Source of the DNA: Nitrospira japonica
GTDB taxonomy: Bacteria > Nitrospirota > Thermodesulfovibrionia > Thermodesulfovibrionales > SM23-35
Length of the DNA stretch: 64,000 nt
NCBI GenBank assembly: GCA_020725385.1
Contig: DYFC01000010.1
Location: forward strand, 23,789 to 87,788
Direction of reading: 5' to 3'
Both the position numbers and the translations under genes were made by a program. Within the stretch, counting starts at the first letter, position 1, and every line of letters begins with the position of its first letter. Below, in pieces: positions 46,373 to 54,639 of this stretch. The notes under the pieces are model-generated. The model saw nothing but the letters and a program-made list of their open reading frames with translations, was not told the DNA's origin and searched no databases.

Positions 46373-47373
46373 TCACGTATTACTTTTTGGCAAAACATTT
46401 TTAGCAATTTCTAAAATCTTAATATTCCCTTCGCTTCCATCTTTTGACGAATCTATGTAACCAGTAGAAGTAGTGCTGAATACAGCTTTTGCAGCTTCGA
46501 GAACAACAGTATCCTTAATTTGTACATCCTTTGCAGCAGAAGAGAAAGCCTGAAGGGTTTGAATGCTTAATGCTCTATGCTGATAAACTGCCGATTGATG
46601 CATCAACGCTCTGTAGATTTTACCGCACCAAATAGTAGCGGCAGGATACCAAGAACAACTATTTTTGTTGTAATTTTCTGCCAAATTTGACCTTGGTCTA
46701 AACCTGCCTCTGTAAAATACCAAAGGAAAGTAGCTGCAACTACTGTAATAACCCCAAGAAATGCTGTGACTTTAAGCCATATTTGGGCTGTCTCTTTCAA
46801 TACAGAAGCTTCTTTTTTAAAATCCTCTGTAAATACAGCAGCACCGGCTGATGCCGATGCTTCACGGGCTTTTATTATAATATCATCTATTTCCTTCCCC
46901 TTTTGATCTATCTTGGTCTTAGCTTCTTCAACCAATATCTCAGCTTCCTTTACAGATGTTGTCAGTGATTCAACGTTGCGGGCTACATCGCCTTTCTGAT
47001 ATGCAAGGAAAGGAATCCAAGGAGATGCAGCAGTATAAAGCGAATCTGCCCGATTTTGAATCTGGGAAATAAATTGATCTCTTTGCTGAGCCGGCGAGCC
47101 AGATTCTATTGAGAATTTATTAATGGTATCAAAAAGTCCGTTGATTTGCTGTATCTCATTTGTAATGGAACTAATGGCATTTATGGTAAGCAACTCAACT
47201 GGCAGCACTTTTAGATAATTAACTATTGAATATATACGGTCAATATCACTACGAACATCCTCAAGTGTAATAGTTCCCCACTCTGGCCTGGCAATCAGTT
47301 TTTCTTTATCAAATTGCAAAAATTGTTCAATTTGTTTTTTCAACCCATTAAGCTGCTGTGAATTTCTTGACAT
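46373..47373 (-). pseudogene. two-TM membrane protein of unknown function, apparently frameshifted
   Basis: The 256-aa ORF (46603-47373) ends inside its second TM helix (...KIVVLGILPLLFGAVKSTER*). A second frame (46373-46723) continues ...AATIWCGKIYRALMHQSAVYQHRALSIQTLQAFSSAAKD... for about 110 protein-like codons. The two overlap over 46603-46723. Confidence 0.55.
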
Positions 47374-47405
47374 ATTTTTACCCCTCCTCGTTTATAAAAC
47401 ACAAA

Positions 47406-48491
47406 TTAACTCTTCTCCCATTCAAACCTCTTTTTTAGATCATTACAGTGACTATGAGGAATTTTATTGTCATGTTGGAGTCTGCCAACGACTATACCAG
47501 CGGCGATACCGAGTTCAGAGGCGAATTTTTGTATAGCTGCCTTACTGTATCTTCCATTCCGTATGAATTGACTGTATTGTTTCGGCGGAATTAGAAAATC
47601 AGAGGCAAACCTGTCAGCCTTGTCTTCCTTGGAGTTATTAGCATCACACTCAATAAATACCTCTTTCTTTCCATGCATGAGTATATGACCTGCTTCATGG
47701 AAGAAACTGAACCATAATTGATCGTCGCTTTTATAGCGAAGACTCAATTGAATGACAGCCTTGTTAGGATTTGTCCACCATGTCGCACCCGATGCCCTGA
47801 TTCTAGGAATCTCAGGCACAAAGGCAACGGCAACACCTGCATCAGCACATAAACGAATAACTTCCTGTTGAAAGTGCTCAGGCGGTTTAACAGTAAGCTG
47901 ACGGACATTTAAAAGCGCATTCTTGAACTTCGATGCATCAAAAGGCTTGCAACTGATATTCCGAGCTGTCAGTTCACCCATCCTAAGCCATGATGCAACA
48001 GCATAAGGGTCGTTTTGGAAAACTTTTGATGTTCGATAGGAAACCCGGGCGCCCATCCATCTTGTTTCCCATTGTTCAGGAGAAGCGACGCCAAAGAAAT
48101 TTAAGACAGCTTGAAGCTGCTGAACCATGCCTGAATGTTTCTTAACCCAACCCATCTTGATAAGCACATTCAAAGGCATTTTCTTCAGCCAGTTTATCTG
48201 CCGCTGCAACCTCTTTTGCTCATTTAGTCTTGCCAGTGTCTCCTGATAATTACGCTCCAGATTATTCCAGAAGCTTGCAGGAATACCGAGGACCCTTTCC
48301 AGTTGTAACGCAGTTTCCGGTGTTATAGCAGCCTTTCCCTTAATGATTTCATTAATTGTCTTCTTCGGTCTGCCTGTGCGTTCTGCAAGCTCTGCCTGAG
48401 ACATTCCAATTGCTTCCATGGTTTCAAGAAGCGTTTCCCCGGGGGGCACAGCGTAATCAGGCATAAACTGATTTTTTATATTTTTACTCAT
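47406..48491 (-). CDS. HigA-like XRE HTH fused to ImmA/IrrE-type zinc metallopeptidase domain
   Basis: HTH (MSQAELAERTGRPKKTINEIIKGK) plus HEXXH (FFHEAGHILMH). The likely start is MSKNIKN at 48491, in an ATGAGTAA overlap with the upstream toxin stop. Confidence 0.8.
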   Translation of the reverse strand: MSKNIKNQFMPDYAVPPGETLLETMEAIGMSQAELAERTGRPKKTINEIIKGKAAITPETALQLERVLGIPASFWNNLERNYQETLARLNEQKRLQRQINWLKKMPLNVLIKMGWVKKHSGMVQQLQAVLNFFGVASPEQWETRWMGARVSYRTSKVFQNDPYAVASWLRMGELTARNISCKPFDASKFKNALLNVRQLTVKPPEHFQQEVIRLCADAGVAVAFVPEIPRIRASGATWWTNPNKAVIQLSLRYKSDDQLWFSFFHEAGHILMHGKKEVFIECDANNSKEDKADRFASDFLIPPKQYSQFIRNGRYSKAAIQKFASELGIAAGIVVGRLQHDNKIPHSHCNDLKKRFEWEKS

Positions 48492-48822
48492 GTGTGTCCT
48501 CCACACCAATAATTTTAATTATCGTCACTTTAGTCCAATCAAGCCCTCCATCCAGCTTTTTGGGTATCGGGTTGTTTGCGGGCTCAAAAATAAGTCGATA
48601 AGGATAGTCAAGATCTACAGACAGTTGTCCTTTTCTATTTCCTTTCAATTCATGGCATCGAGCCTTGGGAAGATTGCGCAACTCTTCAAGCGCATTAGCA
48701 GCAGCAAATTCGACTAACCTTCTTTTTAAAAGCTTAGCTCTTTTAGTGCCGAATCTTTTAATCATAAGATTCTCATTGTTGCACTTTTTCTCAAGTTTGG
48801 TTGTCTTAAATAGAATAACCAC
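48484..48822 (-). CDS. HigB-like (plasmid maintenance killer, RelE/ParE superfamily) toxin
   Basis: 112 aa: ...RCHELKGNRKGQLSVDLDYPYRLIFEP..., typical of the HigB-like family. Confidence 0.75.
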   Translation of the reverse strand: MVILFKTTKLEKKCNNENLMIKRFGTKRAKLLKRRLVEFAAANALEELRNLPKARCHELKGNRKGQLSVDLDYPYRLIFEPANNPIPKKLDGGLDWTKVTIIKIIGVEDTHE

Positions 48823-48875
48823 AGATTAACTTTTTGTCAAGATAATTATTAACCCTTAGGGTAAATGATTTTTCT

Positions 48876-48944
48876 TTACACACTCTTTATCTCCTCAAGA
48901 CCGTTCTTGACTAATTCACATACTGCCCAGTAAACTTCATTTAA
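48876..48944 (-). repeat. gene-3'-end fragment, copy C (shortest)
   Basis: The minus-strand translation is (L)NEVYWAVCELVKNGLEEIKSV*. It abuts the RayT stop codon at 48941-48943. Confidence 0.7.
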
Positions 48945-49480
48945 CTTTTATGAAGACCATAATATTCGTCCAATTCCCATTTCAAAGGATTGGTAAGAAT
49001 ATATTTCCTGATCGTGTTTAATTCTTGTTCATTTCGTATAATGTGTTCATAATAATTACGTTGCCAGACAGGATTGCTGCGTGTATTACGTATTTGGTTG
49101 ATTTGTTTTGCGGATTGCATTTTAAACCACCCAATAATTTTTGGTAACAACATCTTTCTACGTTGTCTTTTATATTCATGTAGGGGCAATTCATGAATTG
49201 CCCCTACAAAATTCGTTTCAATACATATAATTCCATGAACGTGGTTTGGCATCACAATAAATTCATCAATGGCCGTATTCGGAAAATGTCGTGGTATTTT
49301 GTTCCAATATTGTTGTACAACGGTCCCCATAATATTTAATTGCATCTCCCCGTTGGTTATATCTCCAAACAAACATTCCCTGTCCTTTGTGCATATCGTC
49401 ACAAAATACGCCCCTGCCTGTGAATAATCATAACCTTTCAGGCGGATTGATCTTCTTTTATGAATGTCTGGATTATACAC
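48941..49480 (-). mobile_element. REP-associated tyrosine transposase (RayT, IS200/IS605 Y1 family), apparently intact
   Basis: 179 aa with a GTG start. Motifs: YDYSQAGAYFVTICT, HUH motif MPNHVHGII, and the catalytic-Tyr region QRNYYEHIIRNE. Confidence 0.85.
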
Positions 49481-49488
49481 TCCACCTT

Positions 49489-49655
49489 CTACACACTCCT
49501 TGCCTTTTCAAGACTGTTCTTGACCGATTCGCAGACTGCCCAATAGATGCAAACAGCTTGTCTTTTGGATATCCTAAGGAAATAAATAGCTTAAAAATTT
49601 TTTCGGGAGAGGTTAATTCAGGAACAAAATCCTGTGCAATATTTTTTATTTGCAT
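49489..49655 (-). repeat. gene-3'-end fragment, copy D (frameshifted)
   Basis: The last 20 codons (49489-49548) read IYWAVCESVKNSLEKARSV*. The upstream part is the 60-aa track ORF (49473-49655) in another frame. Confidence 0.65.
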
Positions 49656-49764
49656 ATATATTTGTACCAGTAATAATACCCAAAATTCAAGTTCTCGAAG
49701 TTATTCCAAATTCAGAAAATATATGTTTAACATATTACAGAAGTATTGGGGGGTTTAAAAAAAT

Positions 49765-52743
49765 CTAAAGAACAGTTTCAAATTCTAATATCTGATAGCC
49801 GGAGAGAAATTTTTTTCGTTTTGCTTTTATTTTTATTGTATCGCCTTCTTTTTTATCAAACATGAATATTTTTATATCATCTACATTTTCTATCTTCCAT
49901 TCATTCAGTGAAAAAAGTATATCGCCTTTTCTCAATCCGGAGTTTTTTACTCTGCTACCGGGAATAATATCTTCTATTCGGACGCCTGAATCCGTTTCTT
50001 TTAAAATCAATCCGAGTTTTAATGTCGAAGGTGCGGGCAGTTGCTCCGTGAAAAGAATATAGTCTGCAATTTTTTTGTCTGTGTTTTCAGAGACAGGTAT
50101 TAGAGTTACATAATCTTTACCGTTTATTCTTTTCAATCTGTTTGGTATTCCAGAGCCATACATTATATGACCAACCCCTGCAAGTATTACCATCTGATAG
50201 TCCGGATTCTTTGCCATAAATTCAGCTGCGGTATGAGCCATTGTTTCATCCCATAAAATTTGTGACTGGACAAAATATTCAAAATTCCTGCTTTCATGAT
50301 TTCTGTGCGATGAAAAAACCTCTTTTAAAATTGATTTATAGTTTTCATCTGACATATCCATATTTTCAGGTATTTCCCTTTTTTCAATAAAGTCGAGGCC
50401 ATCAATTCCTTCACGGGAAACTTTCTTGATTATTTCGGTCCATTGATTAAGGGCTATTACAGGAATTTTATTTGCCTTAGCATATTCCATTATTTCCCTG
50501 TAAAGATTGTAATCAAATTGCCACCTTTTATAATACTCGGAGGATTTAAGGAATTGTTTTTCACTTATAGTTCCTGAAAGATAGTCATTCAATGCCTTCT
50601 GAAATGGCCTCTGAAACATTTCCATTCCTATTGCTATTTTTCTTCCTCTTTCATGAAGCCCCATAATTATTTTTAGTTGTGTTTTATGGTCTTCGTAATT
50701 TTCATGTCTTTCTCCTACATATATCACGGGTTTAAATTTTATTTGCTCGATAATTTCATCTATATTCAAAGTTTTTTCAGGTTTTATACCTTTTATCGAA
50801 ATATCAAGCGGAAACCTTATTCCACGGGATGTTTCAACAATATCTTTCTGAATATTTTTACCATCTCCAAATTTGATAGAAGAATATTTCCCGTAATGAA
50901 ATATTTTTCTTGAAACAGAATCTGCTTCCTGTTTTGAATCTGCATAAGCTATCGCAATAACTTTTTCAGAATTCAATGGATTTTTTCTTATTTCAAGAGA
51001 AAAACCTTTGTCAAATTTTTTTATACTCCCAAATAATCTTTTTATTATTCTTCCTTCATCTGTAAATACCAGTACCGATGATGTTCTTAAATCTTCGTCA
51101 TTAACATCTATTTCATCTTTTACAGAAAAATTTTGTTCTTTAAATATTTCTGTTAGAGTTTCGTATTTTTCTTTTCCCTCATCGGGTAAAACAATTAGCT
51201 TTTTATTATCTCCTATAAGTCTTGAGATTAAAGGGGGAAATTCATCCTCAGAAAATTTTCTCAAGATATCATAGTCCGGATCAATAACAAGTTCGGATGG
51301 ATTTCCTTCAACCTCTATATTGAAATTTTCTTTTGCTTTTTCGATATGCAACTTTTTTCTAAATGAGCCGTTTGCAGTTATAATTTCAACTGGCACATCA
51401 ATTATATAAGGTTCTTCCTTTTGTATAATATTAAAGGTAACAGTTTGCTTACCATCGAGTATTTTTACAGATAAATTATTTATTTCAAACAAAGGCAAGC
51501 CTTTTCTATCAAGCCACTGAGAAAAAAACCCATCAAGATTTTTCCCGGAAGATTTTTCAAATGAGGATTTAATGTCATCCCATGAAACATTCTGAAAAGA
51601 TTTTTCATTAATGATAACCTTTAGTGTATTAATAAACAAATCTTCACCAACAAGATTTTTAAGCATATGAAACACCATCGATGCCTTGCCATAGCCAATA
51701 GCTTTTGTCGCGAAATCTGTTCTTGATGTAAATTCCCTTAGGGTAATTTCTTTTTTAGGATCTACATAACTTAGAAAATCGGATATTATATTCTTTCTGT
51801 ATTGCCACCCTTTTCCTTTTTGCTCTTCATATAAATGATCCGAAAGATAGGCTGTTAATCCTTCGGCCCAGTTTCCTTTCTTATAATCAATATAGACATA
51901 ATTTCCGAACCATTGATGGAGTATTTCATGTCCAAGAGCAGTCTCTGCAATAAATGGAAGACGTATGACATCCTGGCCGAGCAATGTAAATGTAGGCATT
52001 GAATATCCTGTGGATTGAAAATTCTCTACAACAGAAAAACGTTTGTATGGATATTCACCGAATAAATTTTTATATAACCGAATAAATTTTTTAGAATACT
52101 CCATATATGTATTTGCAAGCTTTCCGTCTTCAGGGAAAAAATAAGCATAAAGCTGGATATTGTCTATTCTTTCTTTAAACTCTATATATTTGGCAGCCAC
52201 AAATGTTATTTCATTAAGCGGATGTAAAAAGTAAAAGGAATATTCTTTGACGTTACCGTTACTTTTTACTTCTATTTCTTCAGCTTCTGATATAGCACTG
52301 AAATCCACCGGTACTTTAGCCTTTAAATTAAAATAAGCCATACCATCGAAAACAGGGTACCACATACGTGTAAGGGAAATGCCTTTTCCGCCAATAATGT
52401 TACTGCCAACAACTCCTGAATTTTGTAAATTTGAATTTTCCTGATAATCCGGGAAATAAGCATCGTAAACAATTTCGATAGAACTTTTACCCTTCAGGGT
52501 TATTGCTTTGAGATTTATATAATCAGGAATGTTTTCTCCATTGGTTTTTACTGAAATTATTTTGAGGTTACCAAAAGAAATAAGCAGGTCTTTTTCATCC
52601 TGCGATGTGATAATAGCTTTACCACTGATAGTGGATTTATCAAGATCGAATGCTACAGACAGATTATATACAGGAAGTTTTTCTTCAGCAAAGCAGATTG
52701 AAGAAGATAAAGCAAAAATCAGAGACAAAATAAAATATAACAC
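49765..52743 (-). CDS. secreted M1-family zinc metallopeptidase fused to a ChaN/Tiki-like domain and a C-terminal PDZ domain
   Basis: 992 aa with a signal peptide. M1 site GHEILHQWFGNYV...WAEGLTAY. The central ERHENYEDHKTQLKII...IAIGMEMFQRPFQ..LNDYL is ChaN-like. The C-terminal GLILKE..GVRIEDIIPGSRVKNSGLRKGDILFSLN is a PDZ domain. Confidence 0.75.
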   Translation of the reverse strand: MLYFILSLIFALSSSICFAEEKLPVYNLSVAFDLDKSTISGKAIITSQDEKDLLISFGNLKIISVKTNGENIPDYINLKAITLKGKSSIEIVYDAYFPDYQENSNLQNSGVVGSNIIGGKGISLTRMWYPVFDGMAYFNLKAKVPVDFSAISEAEEIEVKSNGNVKEYSFYFLHPLNEITFVAAKYIEFKERIDNIQLYAYFFPEDGKLANTYMEYSKKFIRLYKNLFGEYPYKRFSVVENFQSTGYSMPTFTLLGQDVIRLPFIAETALGHEILHQWFGNYVYIDYKKGNWAEGLTAYLSDHLYEEQKGKGWQYRKNIISDFLSYVDPKKEITLREFTSRTDFATKAIGYGKASMVFHMLKNLVGEDLFINTLKVIINEKSFQNVSWDDIKSSFEKSSGKNLDGFFSQWLDRKGLPLFEINNLSVKILDGKQTVTFNIIQKEEPYIIDVPVEIITANGSFRKKLHIEKAKENFNIEVEGNPSELVIDPDYDILRKFSEDEFPPLISRLIGDNKKLIVLPDEGKEKYETLTEIFKEQNFSVKDEIDVNDEDLRTSSVLVFTDEGRIIKRLFGSIKKFDKGFSLEIRKNPLNSEKVIAIAYADSKQEADSVSRKIFHYGKYSSIKFGDGKNIQKDIVETSRGIRFPLDISIKGIKPEKTLNIDEIIEQIKFKPVIYVGERHENYEDHKTQLKIIMGLHERGRKIAIGMEMFQRPFQKALNDYLSGTISEKQFLKSSEYYKRWQFDYNLYREIMEYAKANKIPVIALNQWTEIIKKVSREGIDGLDFIEKREIPENMDMSDENYKSILKEVFSSHRNHESRNFEYFVQSQILWDETMAHTAAEFMAKNPDYQMVILAGVGHIMYGSGIPNRLKRINGKDYVTLIPVSENTDKKIADYILFTEQLPAPSTLKLGLILKETDSGVRIEDIIPGSRVKNSGLRKGDILFSLNEWKIENVDDIKIFMFDKKEGDTIKIKAKRKKFLSGYQILEFETVL

Positions 52744-53679
52744 TCAGTTACCCGGCTTTTGTGATTCTAAATTCATTAATATCTCAATTTTCGCCTTTGA
52801 TTTAAGTTCTGCAATCCATTTTTCCTTTGCTTCCCGGGCTTTCTTATTTTCAAGTTCATTCTTAAGTTTTTCCTTTACTTCATCAAAAGAAAGAGTATGC
52901 TCGGGTTTTTTATCTTCAAGTTTTATAATATAATACATGCCTTGAACTTTCAGGATACCGCTCATCTCACCTATCTTCATCTTTGAAGCTGCTTCTTCAA
53001 GTTCGGAGTGCATTCTACCTTTGTGCACATACCCTGTATCCCCGCCTTTTACACGATATGCATCTTCAGACATTGTTGTCGCTAGCTGTTTTATGTCTTC
53101 ACCCTGTTTTAGTTTTTCGAGAATATCCTGAGCTTTCTTCTCTTCTTTGACAGAAATAAGACGCAGCCTATAACTTTCTGGTTGTTTGAATTTCTTCATG
53201 TTTTCGGTGTAATATTTTTTGAGTTCATCATCGCTTATTTTTGAAGGCTCTGTAATCACTTTTGCAGTTATAAGTTGCACGAGCATATCTTTCTCAAATT
53301 GCTTTTTAATCAAATCCTCCGAAAGCTTTCTTTTTTCAAGGAATGCTGCGTATTCTTTTTCAGTTATAAATCTTTTCTTAAATTGTTCTGCCTGCGCATT
53401 TATTTTCTGTTGATCTGCTTTCATGCCCTTTGCAAGCGCATCCTGATATTGCAATTCACGGTTTACCATTTCTTCAATAGCTTTCCCATAATAGTTCTTC
53501 CGTTTCTCTTCGGTAACATTACGATGAAAAGACATACGCGGTATAATCCTATCAACCTCGACTTCAAGATCAGCACGGGTGAGAGCTATTCCATTAACCT
53601 TAGCAACTACATCTTCATCAGCACAAACTGAAAATGGACAGGATATAAGCATAAATAAGACCAAAACGATTCTAATCAT
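52744..53679 (-). CDS. SurA/PpiC-type periplasmic chaperone-parvulin
   Basis: 311 aa with a signal peptide, a SurA-N-like helical region and a parvulin domain. Its stop directly abuts the start of the peptidase gene. Confidence 0.7.
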   Translation of the reverse strand: MIRIVLVLFMLISCPFSVCADEDVVAKVNGIALTRADLEVEVDRIIPRMSFHRNVTEEKRKNYYGKAIEEMVNRELQYQDALAKGMKADQQKINAQAEQFKKRFITEKEYAAFLEKRKLSEDLIKKQFEKDMLVQLITAKVITEPSKISDDELKKYYTENMKKFKQPESYRLRLISVKEEKKAQDILEKLKQGEDIKQLATTMSEDAYRVKGGDTGYVHKGRMHSELEEAASKMKIGEMSGILKVQGMYYIIKLEDKKPEHTLSFDEVKEKLKNELENKKAREAKEKWIAELKSKAKIEILMNLESQKPGN

Positions 53680-53737
53680 ATAAAACCCCTTTTTATTTTA
53701 TAATGACGGATAATAAAGACAAGATGCAAGCTAATAT

Positions 53738-54058
53738 TTAGCGGACTATGCTTCCGGGCATTACTTCTCTTTCAGGATGCAGCAAAATCGGCTTGCCATT
53801 AACATCAACAGCAAGAATCATACCCTGACTTTCTATACCGCGTATTTTTCGGGGCTCAAGGTTTGTAAGTACAGGGATTTCTTTTCCGAGCATCTGTTCT
53901 GGAGTATATACCTCGGCAATTCCGGCAACTATCTGCCTTTTTTCTGTTCCGAAATCGACTTCCAGCTTCAATAACTTATCAGCACCTTCGATTTTTTCAG
54001 AAGAAATTACTCTGCCTATTCTTATATCAAGTTTTTTGAAATCATCAAAAGTTATCAT
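53738..54058 (-). CDS. stand-alone tRNA-binding domain protein (CsaA/Trbp111/MetRS-C-terminal-like)
   Basis: 106 aa: FKKLDIRIGRVISSEKIEGADKLLKLEVDFG..RQIVAGIA..Y.PE...GK.I.VL.NL.PRKIRG.ESQGMILA. Confidence 0.8.
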   Translation of the reverse strand: MITFDDFKKLDIRIGRVISSEKIEGADKLLKLEVDFGTEKRQIVAGIAEVYTPEQMLGKEIPVLTNLEPRKIRGIESQGMILAVDVNGKPILLHPEREVMPGSIVR

Positions 54059-54129
54059 TTGATTATTATTACAACTTAAGTAATTTTTTTCAAGGTTTAC
54101 ATACTTATTCCTGTATGATAATATTTTAA

Positions 54130-54639
54130 ATGAATAGAGTTTTACTAATATTAATTTCGTTTTTACTTATAAGCGGTCTTTTTCTTGCTTTTAAAAGCGG
54201 GAAGGAAAATATCGGGGATATCCGTACAAAAAGTTCTTCATCCATTGAAGATCTAAAAATAATACAGAAAAAAAATGGAAATACACTATGGACACTTACT
54301 GCAAAAAATGCGGATATTATAGAAAAAGAAAGCATAGCTGAATTAAAAGATATAACACTTGTTCTAAGCCAGCAGGACGTTTCTATTCATGCCGGCAAGG
54401 GCATCTACAATTTTAAAGATAAGAGTTTTACAACAGATAGCGCGGTAAAGGCCGAGGGCAAGAAATATAAAATACTTGCGGATTCAATTGATTATGAAAT
54501 TAGTTCAGGAGATATTAAAACAGATGGAGAAATTAAAGTTGAAGGCAAAGGCTTCAGCATCGAGGGCAAAGGATTACAAACTGAATCGAATCAAAAAGTT
54601 AGGGTTCTAAAAGATGTCAAAGCAACTTTTCAAAAATAG
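54130..54639 (+). CDS. lptC: LPS export protein LptC-like
   Basis: 169 aa with an N-terminal anchor and a beta-jellyroll-like sequence. Sits immediately upstream of lptA-lptB-rpoN. Confidence 0.6.
   Translation: MNRVLLILISFLLISGLFLAFKSGKENIGDIRTKSSSSIEDLKIIQKKNGNTLWTLTAKNADIIEKESIAELKDITLVLSQQDVSIHAGKGIYNFKDKSFTTDSAVKAEGKKYKILADSIDYEISSGDIKTDGEIKVEGKGFSIEGKGLQTESNQKVRVLKDVKATFQK

Noticed and set aside
46276-46395. Protein-like tail MFCQKVIREDLVIFRKEGISEAKILKELEKMRRWDTRVTA* on the minus strand between the frameshifted membrane gene and the UPF0175 antitoxin.
   Set aside because: It is only ~40 codons, with no RBS and no family recognised. It could be a further out-of-frame piece of the decayed upstream gene. 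It is mentioned under the frameshift finding but not called as a gene.
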